Part shown: positions 9,023-18,462 of the stretch, piece by piece
Position numbering within the stretch: the first letter of the stretch is position 1
How the letters are laid out: each line of letters starts with the position of its first letter
Origin: a virus
Strand: one strand, 5' to 3'
DNA length: 64,000 nt
IMG/VR virus record: IMGVR_UViG_3300020536_000010
Location: 15,038-79,037 of that record
Notes under the pieces: generated by a model
Told to the model about the DNA's origin: nothing
The model's input: only the letters and a program-made list of their open reading frames with translations
Database searches by the model: none
Made by a program: the position numbers and the translations under genes

Positions 9023-9781
9023 ATGGCAAATTTAAACAATATGAATAGGTTAACTGACGACATTGTTATCTATGAAAATTTTATATCATCAGAAGAGTGT
9101 TCTAAAATTATTAAGCTTTTAGATAAGGTGGCAGAAAAAGGCACTATGACTTGGATGCCAATATCTTTTTATGAGTCGTATTCTTCAGTTTTGCCACAAG
9201 ACGATGATCCAGAAATTGAAGAAGAGGGGTTGCCAGGCAATATATTTTCTAGCATTAAAGATGGGTTTATTCAGGCTGTGGCATCCGTACATAGCATAGA
9301 TCCAAAAACTGTTGTGCAAATTGGGTATCACACTCAAAAGTGGGAGCCAGGGGCATATGCAAGAATACACTCAGACAATACAGATGAACATGGAAATACT
9401 GGCCCATTTGCAAGAAGTAGATATGCCGCATTTCTTTATTTAAACGATGATTTTTCTGGAGGACTATTAAAATTTCCAAAGCAAAATATAGAGATTTCTC
9501 CAAAAGTGGGAATGTTGGCTGCTTTTGACGGGGGCTTTAACAATATGCACGAAGTTACACTAATTGAGTCTGGAATCAGATATACAATAGGATCTTTTTG
9601 GGATGACCGTGAGGAAGATGCATATCCACAAGAAGTTAGAGATGCCTGGGCAGATGAAATGAAACAGATTAGAGAAAAGCAAGAAATCGAAAGAAAAGAA
9701 TGGCAAGATTTGCTTAAAGACGGGTATAAAATAGATATGGATGGCAATAAATATAAGGTGGGGCAAGACGACAATGATTAA
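9023..9781 (+). CDS. 2OG-Fe(II) oxygenase, prolyl-4-hydroxylase-like (no. 4)
   Basis: HSD...YLNDDFSGGLLKF...HEV...GIRYT. Confidence 0.85.
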   Translation: MANLNNMNRLTDDIVIYENFISSEECSKIIKLLDKVAEKGTMTWMPISFYESYSSVLPQDDDPEIEEEGLPGNIFSSIKDGFIQAVASVHSIDPKTVVQIGYHTQKWEPGAYARIHSDNTDEHGNTGPFARSRYAAFLYLNDDFSGGLLKFPKQNIEISPKVGMLAAFDGGFNNMHEVTLIESGIRYTIGSFWDDREEDAYPQEVRDAWADEMKQIREKQEIERKEWQDLLKDGYKIDMDGNKYKVGQDDND

Positions 9782-10433
9782 TCAGCTAAAAGAAATTTTA
9801 AAGAAAAATAATATATCATTTGAAGAAATTACGGATGAGCTAGTATCTATTGAAAATTTTTTAACAGATAATGACTTAGAGTTTCTTTTTAATCAAATAA
9901 ATTCCGCTTCACAGGAAGATTGGGAAGTGGAATATTTAGCTAACCTAAAAAGCTTTTGTTTAGAAAAATTTGGTAGAGATGATGTAGAAAATCTTGTGGC
10001 TGAAGGAAAGTTTGAAATAACACAAAATTGGTCTGACAAAAATCTAAATGTAAGTGAACACCCAGAATATCGTATTTTTTATAAAAGGCTTGCCTCTCTT
10101 GTAACAGAAGCAGACGAAACACTGATGCTTAGTGGTCTTGCTACAATACAAAGAATGCAGCCAGGGGTAGAGCTAAAATCACATACAGATCAGCATACAG
10201 ATCCATCAATACGTTATGCTGCAATTATTTATATTAATGATGATTATGAAAATGGTGAGCTGTTCTTTAGAAATCTTGGAATAAAGCTTAAGCCAAAACC
10301 AAAAACTCTTCTTATTTTTCCAGGAAATGAGCAATATGAGCACGGGGTTGACTTTGTTTCAGAAGGTCCAATAAGATATGTCTTAGTCGGATTTATTAAG
10401 GAAAAGGGTTTTTACGAAAGGAATAAATTCTAA
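9774..10433 (+). CDS. 2OG-Fe(II) oxygenase, prolyl-4-hydroxylase-like (no. 5)
   Basis: HTD...YINDDYENGELFF...HGV...IRY. Start chosen at ATG 9774, overlapping the previous stop. Confidence 0.85.
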   Translation: MINQLKEILKKNNISFEEITDELVSIENFLTDNDLEFLFNQINSASQEDWEVEYLANLKSFCLEKFGRDDVENLVAEGKFEITQNWSDKNLNVSEHPEYRIFYKRLASLVTEADETLMLSGLATIQRMQPGVELKSHTDQHTDPSIRYAAIIYINDDYENGELFFRNLGIKLKPKPKTLLIFPGNEQYEHGVDFVSEGPIRYVLVGFIKEKGFYERNKF

Positions 10434-10434
10434 A

Positions 10435-11139
10435 ATGAAAAAAAATATTTTAAATGATATGGTTTATTATTATGAGGATGCCGTTTTAAACTTTGACAAA
10501 GTTATGGAAACGATTAAAGAGCTAGACATAATTGGCCCATCCGATGCCGTTCCTTTATGGCAAGACTGGACTTCATCAAATGATAAAACATTTATATATG
10601 GACAAACCCAAACATTTGATATTAATCAAATTAATAAAATGGATGAGCCATATAAGAGTAAATTAGCATTTATATATAACAACATCATGGAATCGTTCTA
10701 CGAAGTCTCAAAAGATTATGCAAATTCTATAGGAGATTTAGATGAGCCAAGACTTTTCCCAGTATTTAATATTAAAAAGTATAATACTGGTTCTGCAATG
10801 GGTGCACACTATGACCAATTAGATGGGGATAAAACATTGCGGTATTCTTTGGTGATGTATCTTAATGATGATTGTGATGGTGGAGAAATTTCATTTAAGC
10901 TATCTGAATATGAAGATCACAATAAAGTTGCAAGTCCAGACTTAGATTATGCTGTTGCTGTAGAAAAAAATCAAATAGATTTTGGGGTAAAGCCAAGTGC
11001 TGGAAGTATTATAATTTTCCCATCTTCTGCACCATATTATCATATTGCTCACACAGTAAAATCTGGTTTTAAATATATGGTTCCAAGTCACTGGATTCAT
11101 AATGATATGAGTATGAGAGATGGCAGAAACAGCATATAA
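10435..11139 (+). CDS. 2OG-Fe(II) oxygenase, prolyl-4-hydroxylase-like (no. 6)
   Basis: HYD...YLNDDCDGGEISF...FPS...H...GFKY. Confidence 0.85.
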   Translation: MKKNILNDMVYYYEDAVLNFDKVMETIKELDIIGPSDAVPLWQDWTSSNDKTFIYGQTQTFDINQINKMDEPYKSKLAFIYNNIMESFYEVSKDYANSIGDLDEPRLFPVFNIKKYNTGSAMGAHYDQLDGDKTLRYSLVMYLNDDCDGGEISFKLSEYEDHNKVASPDLDYAVAVEKNQIDFGVKPSAGSIIIFPSSAPYYHIAHTVKSGFKYMVPSHWIHNDMSMRDGRNSI

Positions 11140-11980
11140 TTTTGATATTGAAAAAATACAAGATACGGTATGGGTTTTTAAAAAAGCAATTAAAAATCCA
11201 GAATCTTTTATAAAATATTTTGAAGAAAATAAAAAATGGAAAGATTGGTATACTCTTGGTAGGTCAGCCAATGGCACTCTTTTTTCAACAAGTTTTGATA
11301 CATTTCCAACAGAAGAAGAGTGGAAAAGGAAAAAGCATGAATCACCACATAATGACTTTAAAAGCCCAGGCTATTATGAAAATAAAATTAATGATTTATT
11401 TTATAATACCACAAGGCTATATGTTGAAGAAAACAATTTAGTATTTGATAACTGGATTTATAATGGTTGGGGTATAGCAAAGTATATCCCAGATCCACAG
11501 GATAATACAGAATATGCTATGTTTCATCATACAGACTTTCAAAGAGAATTGGCCTATAATCCTGGATCTAAGTTTGCCATTACTGTTGTTTTTTATCTTA
11601 ATGACAACTATGATGGCGGAGACGTAATGTTTAGGTTTTTAGATGATAATGATATGTCAATAATTAAAGAAGACTATTCTTATAAGCCACAGGCTGGAGA
11701 TATTGTTGTTTTTATGTCTGGCCATCCACATTATCATGGAGTAAAAAAAGTCAGCAATGGCGAAAAATATATTATAAGAGCATATTGGAAATATGACTAT
11801 CTTGGACATCCACTTTGGTTAAAATTGCAAGAAAAATATGGAGAAGATGTTTGGAGACAATTAGAAAAAGAGCGATTAAGATTTAGTAGAAATACAGATA
11901 ATATAAAAATGATTAATAATGTTCAGTTTTGGATAGAGTTCGAAGAATATTATAAAAAAGAACTGGGATCTTTGGATTAA
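11120..11980 (+). CDS. 2OG-Fe(II) oxygenase, prolyl-4-hydroxylase-like (no. 7)
   Basis: HTD...YLNDNYDGGDVMF...HGV...GEKY. Confidence 0.85.
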   Translation: MAETAYNFDIEKIQDTVWVFKKAIKNPESFIKYFEENKKWKDWYTLGRSANGTLFSTSFDTFPTEEEWKRKKHESPHNDFKSPGYYENKINDLFYNTTRLYVEENNLVFDNWIYNGWGIAKYIPDPQDNTEYAMFHHTDFQRELAYNPGSKFAITVVFYLNDNYDGGDVMFRFLDDNDMSIIKEDYSYKPQAGDIVVFMSGHPHYHGVKKVSNGEKYIIRAYWKYDYLGHPLWLKLQEKYGEDVWRQLEKERLRFSRNTDNIKMINNVQFWIEFEEYYKKELGSLD

Positions 11981-12648
11981 TGAAAACAGCAATAGTTACT
12001 GGTGCAAGCAAAGGCGTAGGTTATGCGACTGTAAAGCTTTTATCGGAAAATGGATATAGGGTTATAGCTGTTTCAAGAGACCTATCCAAGATTTCTAATC
12101 TGGAATCTGGCAATGTTGAAATATACAAATTAGACATAACAAGAAAAGACGAAATACTGGCATTTGCTGAGAAGTATAAAAATATTTCTCTAGATCTTCT
12201 TGTTAACAATGCAGGTGGTGGTTCTGGACCAACCAAAATTATTAATGAAACAATGGAAAATTTTAGAATAGCATATGATATTAATGTTGCTGGGCCAATG
12301 TATTTATCCCAACTTTTTGTTCCCTGCCTTCAAAAATCAGAGTCTCCAACAATAATCTTTGTGACATCTTTGTCTGGCAAGATTCCATATAGGAATGGCG
12401 GTAATTATACTAACGCAAAAAGAGGAGAAATGGCATTAGTTGATACAATGAGGATGGAGTTTCCAGAATATGGGATTAAGATTACAGAAATATGTCCTGG
12501 CACCATAGATACCCAAATTGAGAAAAAGAATCATGCCTTAACTGCAGAAGATATGGCAGAGGCTATTCGCTGGGTAGCCTCATTGCCAAAACATTTTAAT
12601 GTAAATCATCTAGAAGTTAGCCATATTTTAAATAGTAAGTATATGTAG
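11980..12648 (+). CDS. Short-chain dehydrogenase/reductase (classical SDR, YdfG-like)
   Basis: TGASKGVG Rossmann motif, NNAG, catalytic S and YTNAK (YxxxK), PG.IDT; translationally coupled to the oxygenase upstream. Confidence 0.9.
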   Translation: MKTAIVTGASKGVGYATVKLLSENGYRVIAVSRDLSKISNLESGNVEIYKLDITRKDEILAFAEKYKNISLDLLVNNAGGGSGPTKIINETMENFRIAYDINVAGPMYLSQLFVPCLQKSESPTIIFVTSLSGKIPYRNGGNYTNAKRGEMALVDTMRMEFPEYGIKITEICPGTIDTQIEKKNHALTAEDMAEAIRWVASLPKHFNVNHLEVSHILNSKYM

Positions 12649-12656
12649 GCTACTTG

Positions 12657-12665
12657 TGGTAAACT
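12657..12665 (+). promoter_or_regulatory. Extended -10 promoter
   Basis: TGGTAAACT in the gap before 12680. Confidence 0.5.
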
Positions 12666-12679
12666 ATAGGTGGTGATTT

Positions 12680-15600
12680 ATGTCTACTCCATCTAGTTTG
12701 TATGCCGAAAAAATTTTTTCTGAGCATCCAATAGCGTTCTGGCCCCTTGACGACAAGGCAGATTATGTGTCGCTTATATCCGAAACAAATAGAGATTTGC
12801 GTTTATGGGATACAGACAACGGAACTGTCGAAAACATTACTTCTATATTAGACGAACCATTTTCAGATAGTTTTGTGTCTAGAGTTTCGGCATCATCAGC
12901 AACTGGAGATAATTTTTTTGTTTCTGCAGTTAGCCCAAATTTAATAAATTTTAATGTTTTAAATGAAGATCTTTCTACTTTTGCTATAGGTGCATTTGTT
13001 TATACTAGCAGCTCTTATATTTCTGGATTTGAAATTGGATATCAATATTTTGATGAATCTAGCGGAGAGTTGGTAGAAAAAACAAAATTTTATTCAACTG
13101 AAATAGTTAATAATTGGATTTTTATTTCAGAAACATTCAATATGCCAACAGACAATGTTTCAGCTAGGCTAGTAATTAAGGCTAAATTTTTTAATGGCGA
13201 TAGTCTTTCAAACTATAAATTTTTAGTTAATGGTATATCTTTTGGACAATGGTCTGAAGAGTTCAATGCCTCATCTTTAGGAATTACTCCAGTAGAATTG
13301 CCATCAAACATATTCAATGCTGAAAATATTTTTGGAATTGAGGCAAAAGCCTATGGGTTGCAGGACCTTGACGGCTATTATTTAGTTAGAAAAAATGCAT
13401 TATCTGCTAAAAATTCTGGAATCCCCATGGTTTTTGGGGCCTCAAATAGTACTATAATTCAACAAAGTGGTGGAGCAATTCCATCATTAATAATTCCTGG
13501 TCAAGGATTTTTAAATAATTCTGGCAAATATAAGGATTACACTTTTGAGTTTTGGACTAGAATTAATTGTAACTCAGTAGTAGAAAAAAGAATTTTTGGA
13601 AATATACGTGGAACAGATGGAGTTTATGTTCAGGGATCAACAATAATACTAAAGGTTGGAGATTACCTAATTAGGCACTATGTTGGAGAATGGTATAGGC
13701 CAATGCTAATTCAGATTAGGTATTCTACATCTTCGATTAGTTTATTTATTAATGGAGAACAGGTAGGTGAAACACTTATAAATGTTGATAATGTAGATTT
13801 CCCAGAAAAAAACCAAACAGCAGGAAGCATCATTTTAGATAATGATTGGCTAGGATTTTGGTCATATGACGATGTGGCCCCAATCGAGATTGATGGCATA
13901 GCTATTTATGGATATAGGGTTCCACTTCAGGTAGCTAAAAGAAGATTTGTTTATGGCCAAGGGGTTGAGTTTCCAGAAAATATTAATAATGCTTATAGTG
14001 GAAGTTCCGTCTTTATTGACTATCCATTTTCTAAGTATGCCAAAAACTATCAATATCCATCATTAGGGAAGTGGGTTCAGGGTGCCTATGACAACTTGGC
14101 TATTAATGGAAATGCGATTGAATTTCCACAATACTCTGCCCCAGAAGCGAAGTTTAGCAATAAAACAAGCTCTGAGTGGATTATAGATTTGGAAAATGCA
14201 CAAAATGAAATTAATGATAACTTTATTAAGTTTAGGCCAAATAGTAGTTGGGATTCAACCAATGGCCAGCTATTTTTTGAAAATTTTAATTTAGCTAATG
14301 AGCAGCTAAAAGCTTTTTATATTATTTGTAAAGAGATTTCAACGCCAACTACAGAACAAACGCTGATTGCAATTGAGAATAGGGCAACTGGAAATGTTTT
14401 CGAAATAACCCTAGACAGTGATAGCATTAACTATAAGTTGTGGGAAAATGGAAACTATTCATTATTATTATCAAAATCTAGACAATACTTAAATGGTGTT
14501 GGGGAAAAAGCAGTTATTGGAATAGATCTCCAAAAATTCTCCAGCTACTACGGTGAAAAGATCGCAGACTTTTTTGGAAAACTAACCACAATGTCTATTT
14601 ACGTTGGCTCAACTAAAAATTTATCAAATACATTTTTAGGTAATATATATGAAATTGGTTTTTGTTCATTAAAGAATTTATCTAAAATTTCTTCTATTTT
14701 TGCTGCCGATGGCCTAAGCTTTGCTGACACATTCATTGACGGCTCTGAGCTATATACAAATACGGCAGATGCTGGAGAAGACGTTCAAGAGTCTGCTATT
14801 TTTCAATTCTTATATGACGGTGGAACTCTTGGCCAATACTCATATTCTATTTTAGAAAATCACATACCTAGCTACGGAGTAATTGCAGGAGAAGATTTAT
14901 CTGGATTTGGGATATTGGTTGAGGCAGACTCATCTTGGCAAGATCAAATCCCTCTATCATTTTTTGCTAAAGAAACTACTGATTCACGTGGAGACTCAAG
15001 GCTTGATCTAGATTTTATCCAATTTAATATTAATTATCCAGCACCATCTATTTTTGTTCAGGAAACAGAAGAGGGTTCGTGGACATATGCAGAGCTACAG
15101 TCTGAATATGCCAATCCAATACAAAGAACCTATGATTCTTTAGATAATCAGCTTTTTACTGGTTTTCAAAATTATGAAGATTTAAAAAATAAATCTGTAA
15201 GCACCTATAAATACGACACCCTAAATTCTATAGTAAAAACATACATAACATTTCAATTGCTTGAAAATGGGGCTAATAGATCACTATCTACATTTACAAA
15301 TACAGAGCTTGCACCTAAAAATGGAATTGTTGTACCTGGGTCAAACTGGATAAACACAAAGTATGAGGTTGTTGATAATATGATAATTTATCCACCCCAG
15401 TCAATTTCCTTTAATAATCTTGCTATTGTTACTCATATTGAAATATCTTCTAGAAATATTAAAAATACTCCAATTTCTATTAAGTCCCTAGAGTATGCAT
15501 CCATGGCACTTTCTGACACCATGCCAACATCCATTGGGACTAGATTTGGTAATGACATTTATCCATATAGAAAAGAAGGGTTCTATCTTACATATAAAAA

Positions 15601-16384
15601 ACAAAATCCATTCTCTATTTATAAGGGAAGCACTCCCTATTTATATTTAACTAGAAATAGTGGAATAACCATAAGGGGCGGATATGACCCATTGATAAAT
15701 AGGGGTATTTCCATACCACTAAATAATTCAAAATCAGATAATTTTAAAGTTATAGCAATGCAAATGGCATTAAGGTTTGACGAAGACTTTTTTCCATATG
15801 GGGCAATGCAGCTTTTCGAGATTCAGAGTAAAAACTCTTACATTCGTGTATATGCTGCTGCAAGTGATCCATCTGGAAAACGTGCAAAACTATACGCTAT
15901 TAATTCTAGGGGAGAGTTAGAAAATGGAATAGCGTTTTACCTAAATGGAAAAATTGTAAAGGATCCAGTTTTAACCATAAAGGAGTGGGCAATGCTTGGT
16001 ATAAGATTTGCAAATATTCAAGAATTTTCTAATTTTGCTGGGGCACTTAGGCTAACCGCACCACTGACATATAATAATATTTCTTATTACAAATCAACTA
16101 ATCTTCAAGAGGTTCAAAATGAGATTACAAGGCCTTGGTTTAAGGTTAAAAACCTTGGCTCATTAACTCTAGATTGGGGCTTCTGGCCATCATATCTTTG
16201 GGATGGCGTTTTGTTTATAGCAAAAACTAGCTATTATGGAGTAGACCCATCAGACATATATAAGATATATACAGGAACAAATAAAATAATTATTGATGAT
16301 GAAATAGAGTCTGTGTTTGGAGATTACCAATATTCAGTCAAAGAAAACATAGAGTGGCGTTCTCAGGTATACCAGGCAGTATAA
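12680..16384 (+). CDS. Large virion structural protein, possibly with LamG/concanavalin-like domains
   Basis: 1234 aa, beta-rich. N-terminal PIAFWPLDD and YTFEFW...LFINGEQVG...IDGIAIY patterns are LamG-like. Lies next to the head genes. Confidence 0.55.
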   Translation: MSTPSSLYAEKIFSEHPIAFWPLDDKADYVSLISETNRDLRLWDTDNGTVENITSILDEPFSDSFVSRVSASSATGDNFFVSAVSPNLINFNVLNEDLSTFAIGAFVYTSSSYISGFEIGYQYFDESSGELVEKTKFYSTEIVNNWIFISETFNMPTDNVSARLVIKAKFFNGDSLSNYKFLVNGISFGQWSEEFNASSLGITPVELPSNIFNAENIFGIEAKAYGLQDLDGYYLVRKNALSAKNSGIPMVFGASNSTIIQQSGGAIPSLIIPGQGFLNNSGKYKDYTFEFWTRINCNSVVEKRIFGNIRGTDGVYVQGSTIILKVGDYLIRHYVGEWYRPMLIQIRYSTSSISLFINGEQVGETLINVDNVDFPEKNQTAGSIILDNDWLGFWSYDDVAPIEIDGIAIYGYRVPLQVAKRRFVYGQGVEFPENINNAYSGSSVFIDYPFSKYAKNYQYPSLGKWVQGAYDNLAINGNAIEFPQYSAPEAKFSNKTSSEWIIDLENAQNEINDNFIKFRPNSSWDSTNGQLFFENFNLANEQLKAFYIICKEISTPTTEQTLIAIENRATGNVFEITLDSDSINYKLWENGNYSLLLSKSRQYLNGVGEKAVIGIDLQKFSSYYGEKIADFFGKLTTMSIYVGSTKNLSNTFLGNIYEIGFCSLKNLSKISSIFAADGLSFADTFIDGSELYTNTADAGEDVQESAIFQFLYDGGTLGQYSYSILENHIPSYGVIAGEDLSGFGILVEADSSWQDQIPLSFFAKETTDSRGDSRLDLDFIQFNINYPAPSIFVQETEEGSWTYAELQSEYANPIQRTYDSLDNQLFTGFQNYEDLKNKSVSTYKYDTLNSIVKTYITFQLLENGANRSLSTFTNTELAPKNGIVVPGSNWINTKYEVVDNMIIYPPQSISFNNLAIVTHIEISSRNIKNTPISIKSLEYASMALSDTMPTSIGTRFGNDIYPYRKEGFYLTYKKQNPFSIYKGSTPYLYLTRNSGITIRGGYDPLINRGISIPLNNSKSDNFKVIAMQMALRFDEDFFPYGAMQLFEIQSKNSYIRVYAAASDPSGKRAKLYAINSRGELENGIAFYLNGKIVKDPVLTIKEWAMLGIRFANIQEFSNFAGALRLTAPLTYNNISYYKSTNLQEVQNEITRPWFKVKNLGSLTLDWGFWPSYLWDGVLFIAKTSYYGVDPSDIYKIYTGTNKIIIDDEIESVFGDYQYSVKENIEWRSQVYQAV

Positions 16385-16386
16385 TA

Positions 16387-16395
16387 TGGTATACT
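16387..16395 (+). promoter_or_regulatory. Extended -10 promoter, probably leaderless
   Basis: TGGTATACT, with ATG 16403 seven nt downstream. Confidence 0.55.
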
Positions 16396-16402
16396 TATGG
16401 TT

Positions 16403-16771
16403 ATGAAAAAGCAAAATCCTAATCAAATTGGTAAGTCTAAGATCACAGTTTTAGATAAAAACTACGATTGGGGTATATATGTTTGGCAGAGAGAAAACGG
16501 AAAGTGGTTTACGGATGGTCAGGGAAACATCCTAAACATTCCGTCCCATAGGGGAGATGAGATACAGCTGCATAAGCTACGCCAAGCTGCAGCTTATCAT
16601 GGCGAGCCTAATGGCAAGCCAGTATTTTTTGCTGGGATGGGCCGTGTATCGGATGAAGAGTATTCTGAGCAAATAGACAGAATGAAAAGCGGCCTAATCC
16701 CAAATCTTAATGACCTTGGTGCAGTGGCAGCAGCCAAAAAGACCATTGAAATGTACGGAGACGAAGAATAA
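16403..16771 (+). CDS. Hypothetical protein upstream of portal
   Basis: ORF coupled (TAATG) to the portal gene; start may be 16397 or 16403. Confidence 0.7.
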   Translation: MKKQNPNQIGKSKITVLDKNYDWGIYVWQRENGKWFTDGQGNILNIPSHRGDEIQLHKLRQAAAYHGEPNGKPVFFAGMGRVSDEEYSEQIDRMKSGLIPNLNDLGAVAAAKKTIEMYGDEE

Positions 16772-18399
16772 TGTCAGAAGAGCTTTATATTAGAGATCTT
16801 GGCCTGCCAGATACAGAAAAAGAAAATAATGTTTTTAAGGAACAGGATCCATTTAATAAGTCTTGGGATGAACTTAAGGGCTTGTCTGGCTTAGATAAAA
16901 ATTTTAAACGTAGGTCAGATAGAATGGCCAAGGCCTATGACATACAGGTGCCAAAAAATATTAACACAACATCGCCAGCCTATCTGGATAGTGCCCTTGC
17001 AATTAGTTCTGGAACAGACGGTGCGTCATCAAAAGAGATTAATCCAGGAAGCGTATATCGTAACGGATACGGCATGTTTGATGTTATTACCCCACCATGG
17101 AACCTATACGAGCTAGCTAACTTTTATGACACATCATTTGCCAACCACGCAGCCATTGATGCAAAGGTAGAAAATACTGTTGGTCTTGGATATGACTTCC
17201 ATGTCTCTGATAGAACAATGATGGCTTTAGAATCAAATGATAATGATTCAGCAAGAGACAAGGCACGTAGACGCATTGAAAGAATGAAGATAGAGATGCG
17301 TGATTGGCTAGAGAATCTCAATGACGAAGAATCATTTACAAACCTTATGATGAAGGTGCTGACTGACTATGAGTCAACTGGCAACGGATATCTTGAGATT
17401 GGTAGAACGGTACGTGGAGAGATTGGATATATTGGTCATATTCCAGCTACCACAATTCGTGTTCGTAGGCTTAAAGATGGTTTTGTTCAGGTTATTGGAC
17501 ATAAGGTTGTATATTTTAGAAATTTTGGAGCATCAAATCCAAATCCAATTACTGGAGATCCAAGACCAAATGAGATCATTCACTTTAAGCAATATTCTCC
17601 GCTAAATACTTACTATGGTATTCCAGACATTATGTCTGCCGTCTCTTCTTTACACGGAGATCAGCTTGCATCGCAATACAATATTGACTACTTTAGCAAC
17701 AAGGCTGTTCCACGCTATGTGGTTACTCTTAAAGGTGCAAAACTATCCTCTGAGGCAGAAGACAAACTATTCAGATTCTTACAAACAAATCTAAAGGGGC
17801 AAAGCCATAGAACACTGTACATTCCACTGCCAGGAGATACCGAACAAAACAAAGTTGAGTTTAAGATGGAACCCATTGAGAATGGTGTCCAGGAAGCTTC
17901 ATTTAACGAATACAGACTACGAAATCGTGATGATATCCTAATTGCACACCAAGTTCCACTTTCAAAGATTGGAGGCTCCGATGCCTCTAATATTGCAGCC
18001 TCTCTTTCTCAGGATAGAACATTTAAGGAGCAGGTAGCAAGACCACTACAAAGAACCATTGAGAAGCTAGTAAACAGAATTGTTAAGGAAAAGACTGACA
18101 TTTTAGAGCTAAAGTTCAATGAGTTAACTTTGACAGACGAGATAGCCCAGTCTCAAATTTTGGAAAGATATGTAAAGACGCAGATTATGGTTCCAAATGA
18201 GGCCAGGGAGGTCCTTGGTCTGCCACAAAGGCCAGATGGCGACAGCCCCTTTGTAATGTCACCAAGACAAGCTACAGACGCTAGAGCAAATTTGGCTGGC
18301 AATAGGCAAAGAGATGCCGAAAGAACAAATAATGCGTCAGATAGCCCAGCTACTATATCAGGAAGGAACGCTCAGGGCGAAGGCCCGTCATCAGAATAA
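16771..18399 (+). CDS. Portal protein
   Basis: TGNGYLEI.R...G.....HIP...IR, EIIHFK.YSP..TYYGIP, YFSNKAVP, I.IAHQVP..KIG and PNEARE.LGLP motifs of HK97-like portals; first gene of the head module. Confidence 0.9.
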   Translation: MSEELYIRDLGLPDTEKENNVFKEQDPFNKSWDELKGLSGLDKNFKRRSDRMAKAYDIQVPKNINTTSPAYLDSALAISSGTDGASSKEINPGSVYRNGYGMFDVITPPWNLYELANFYDTSFANHAAIDAKVENTVGLGYDFHVSDRTMMALESNDNDSARDKARRRIERMKIEMRDWLENLNDEESFTNLMMKVLTDYESTGNGYLEIGRTVRGEIGYIGHIPATTIRVRRLKDGFVQVIGHKVVYFRNFGASNPNPITGDPRPNEIIHFKQYSPLNTYYGIPDIMSAVSSLHGDQLASQYNIDYFSNKAVPRYVVTLKGAKLSSEAEDKLFRFLQTNLKGQSHRTLYIPLPGDTEQNKVEFKMEPIENGVQEASFNEYRLRNRDDILIAHQVPLSKIGGSDASNIAASLSQDRTFKEQVARPLQRTIEKLVNRIVKEKTDILELKFNELTLTDEIAQSQILERYVKTQIMVPNEAREVLGLPQRPDGDSPFVMSPRQATDARANLAGNRQRDAERTNNASDSPATISGRNAQGEGPSSE

Positions 18400-18403
18400 A
18401 AAC

Positions 18404-18453
18404 TGCTATAATGGTATGTTGTTTATAACAATTTGATAAAAAAGCGATATAAT
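18404..18453 (+). promoter_or_regulatory. Tandem -10 elements upstream of the protease gene
   Basis: TGCTATAAT at 18404-18412 and CGATATAAT at 18445-18453. Confidence 0.5.
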
Positions 18454-18462
18454 TAGAATACA

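Noticed and set aside
5426-11980. Oxygenases as TET/JBP or AlkB DNA-modifying enzymes
   Set aside because: Motifs (Y.NDDY.GGEL.F, FPS, H.V..V..G.[KR]Y) are P4H-like and the genes sit among virion genes rather than the DNA-metabolism block. Not fully excluded without assays.
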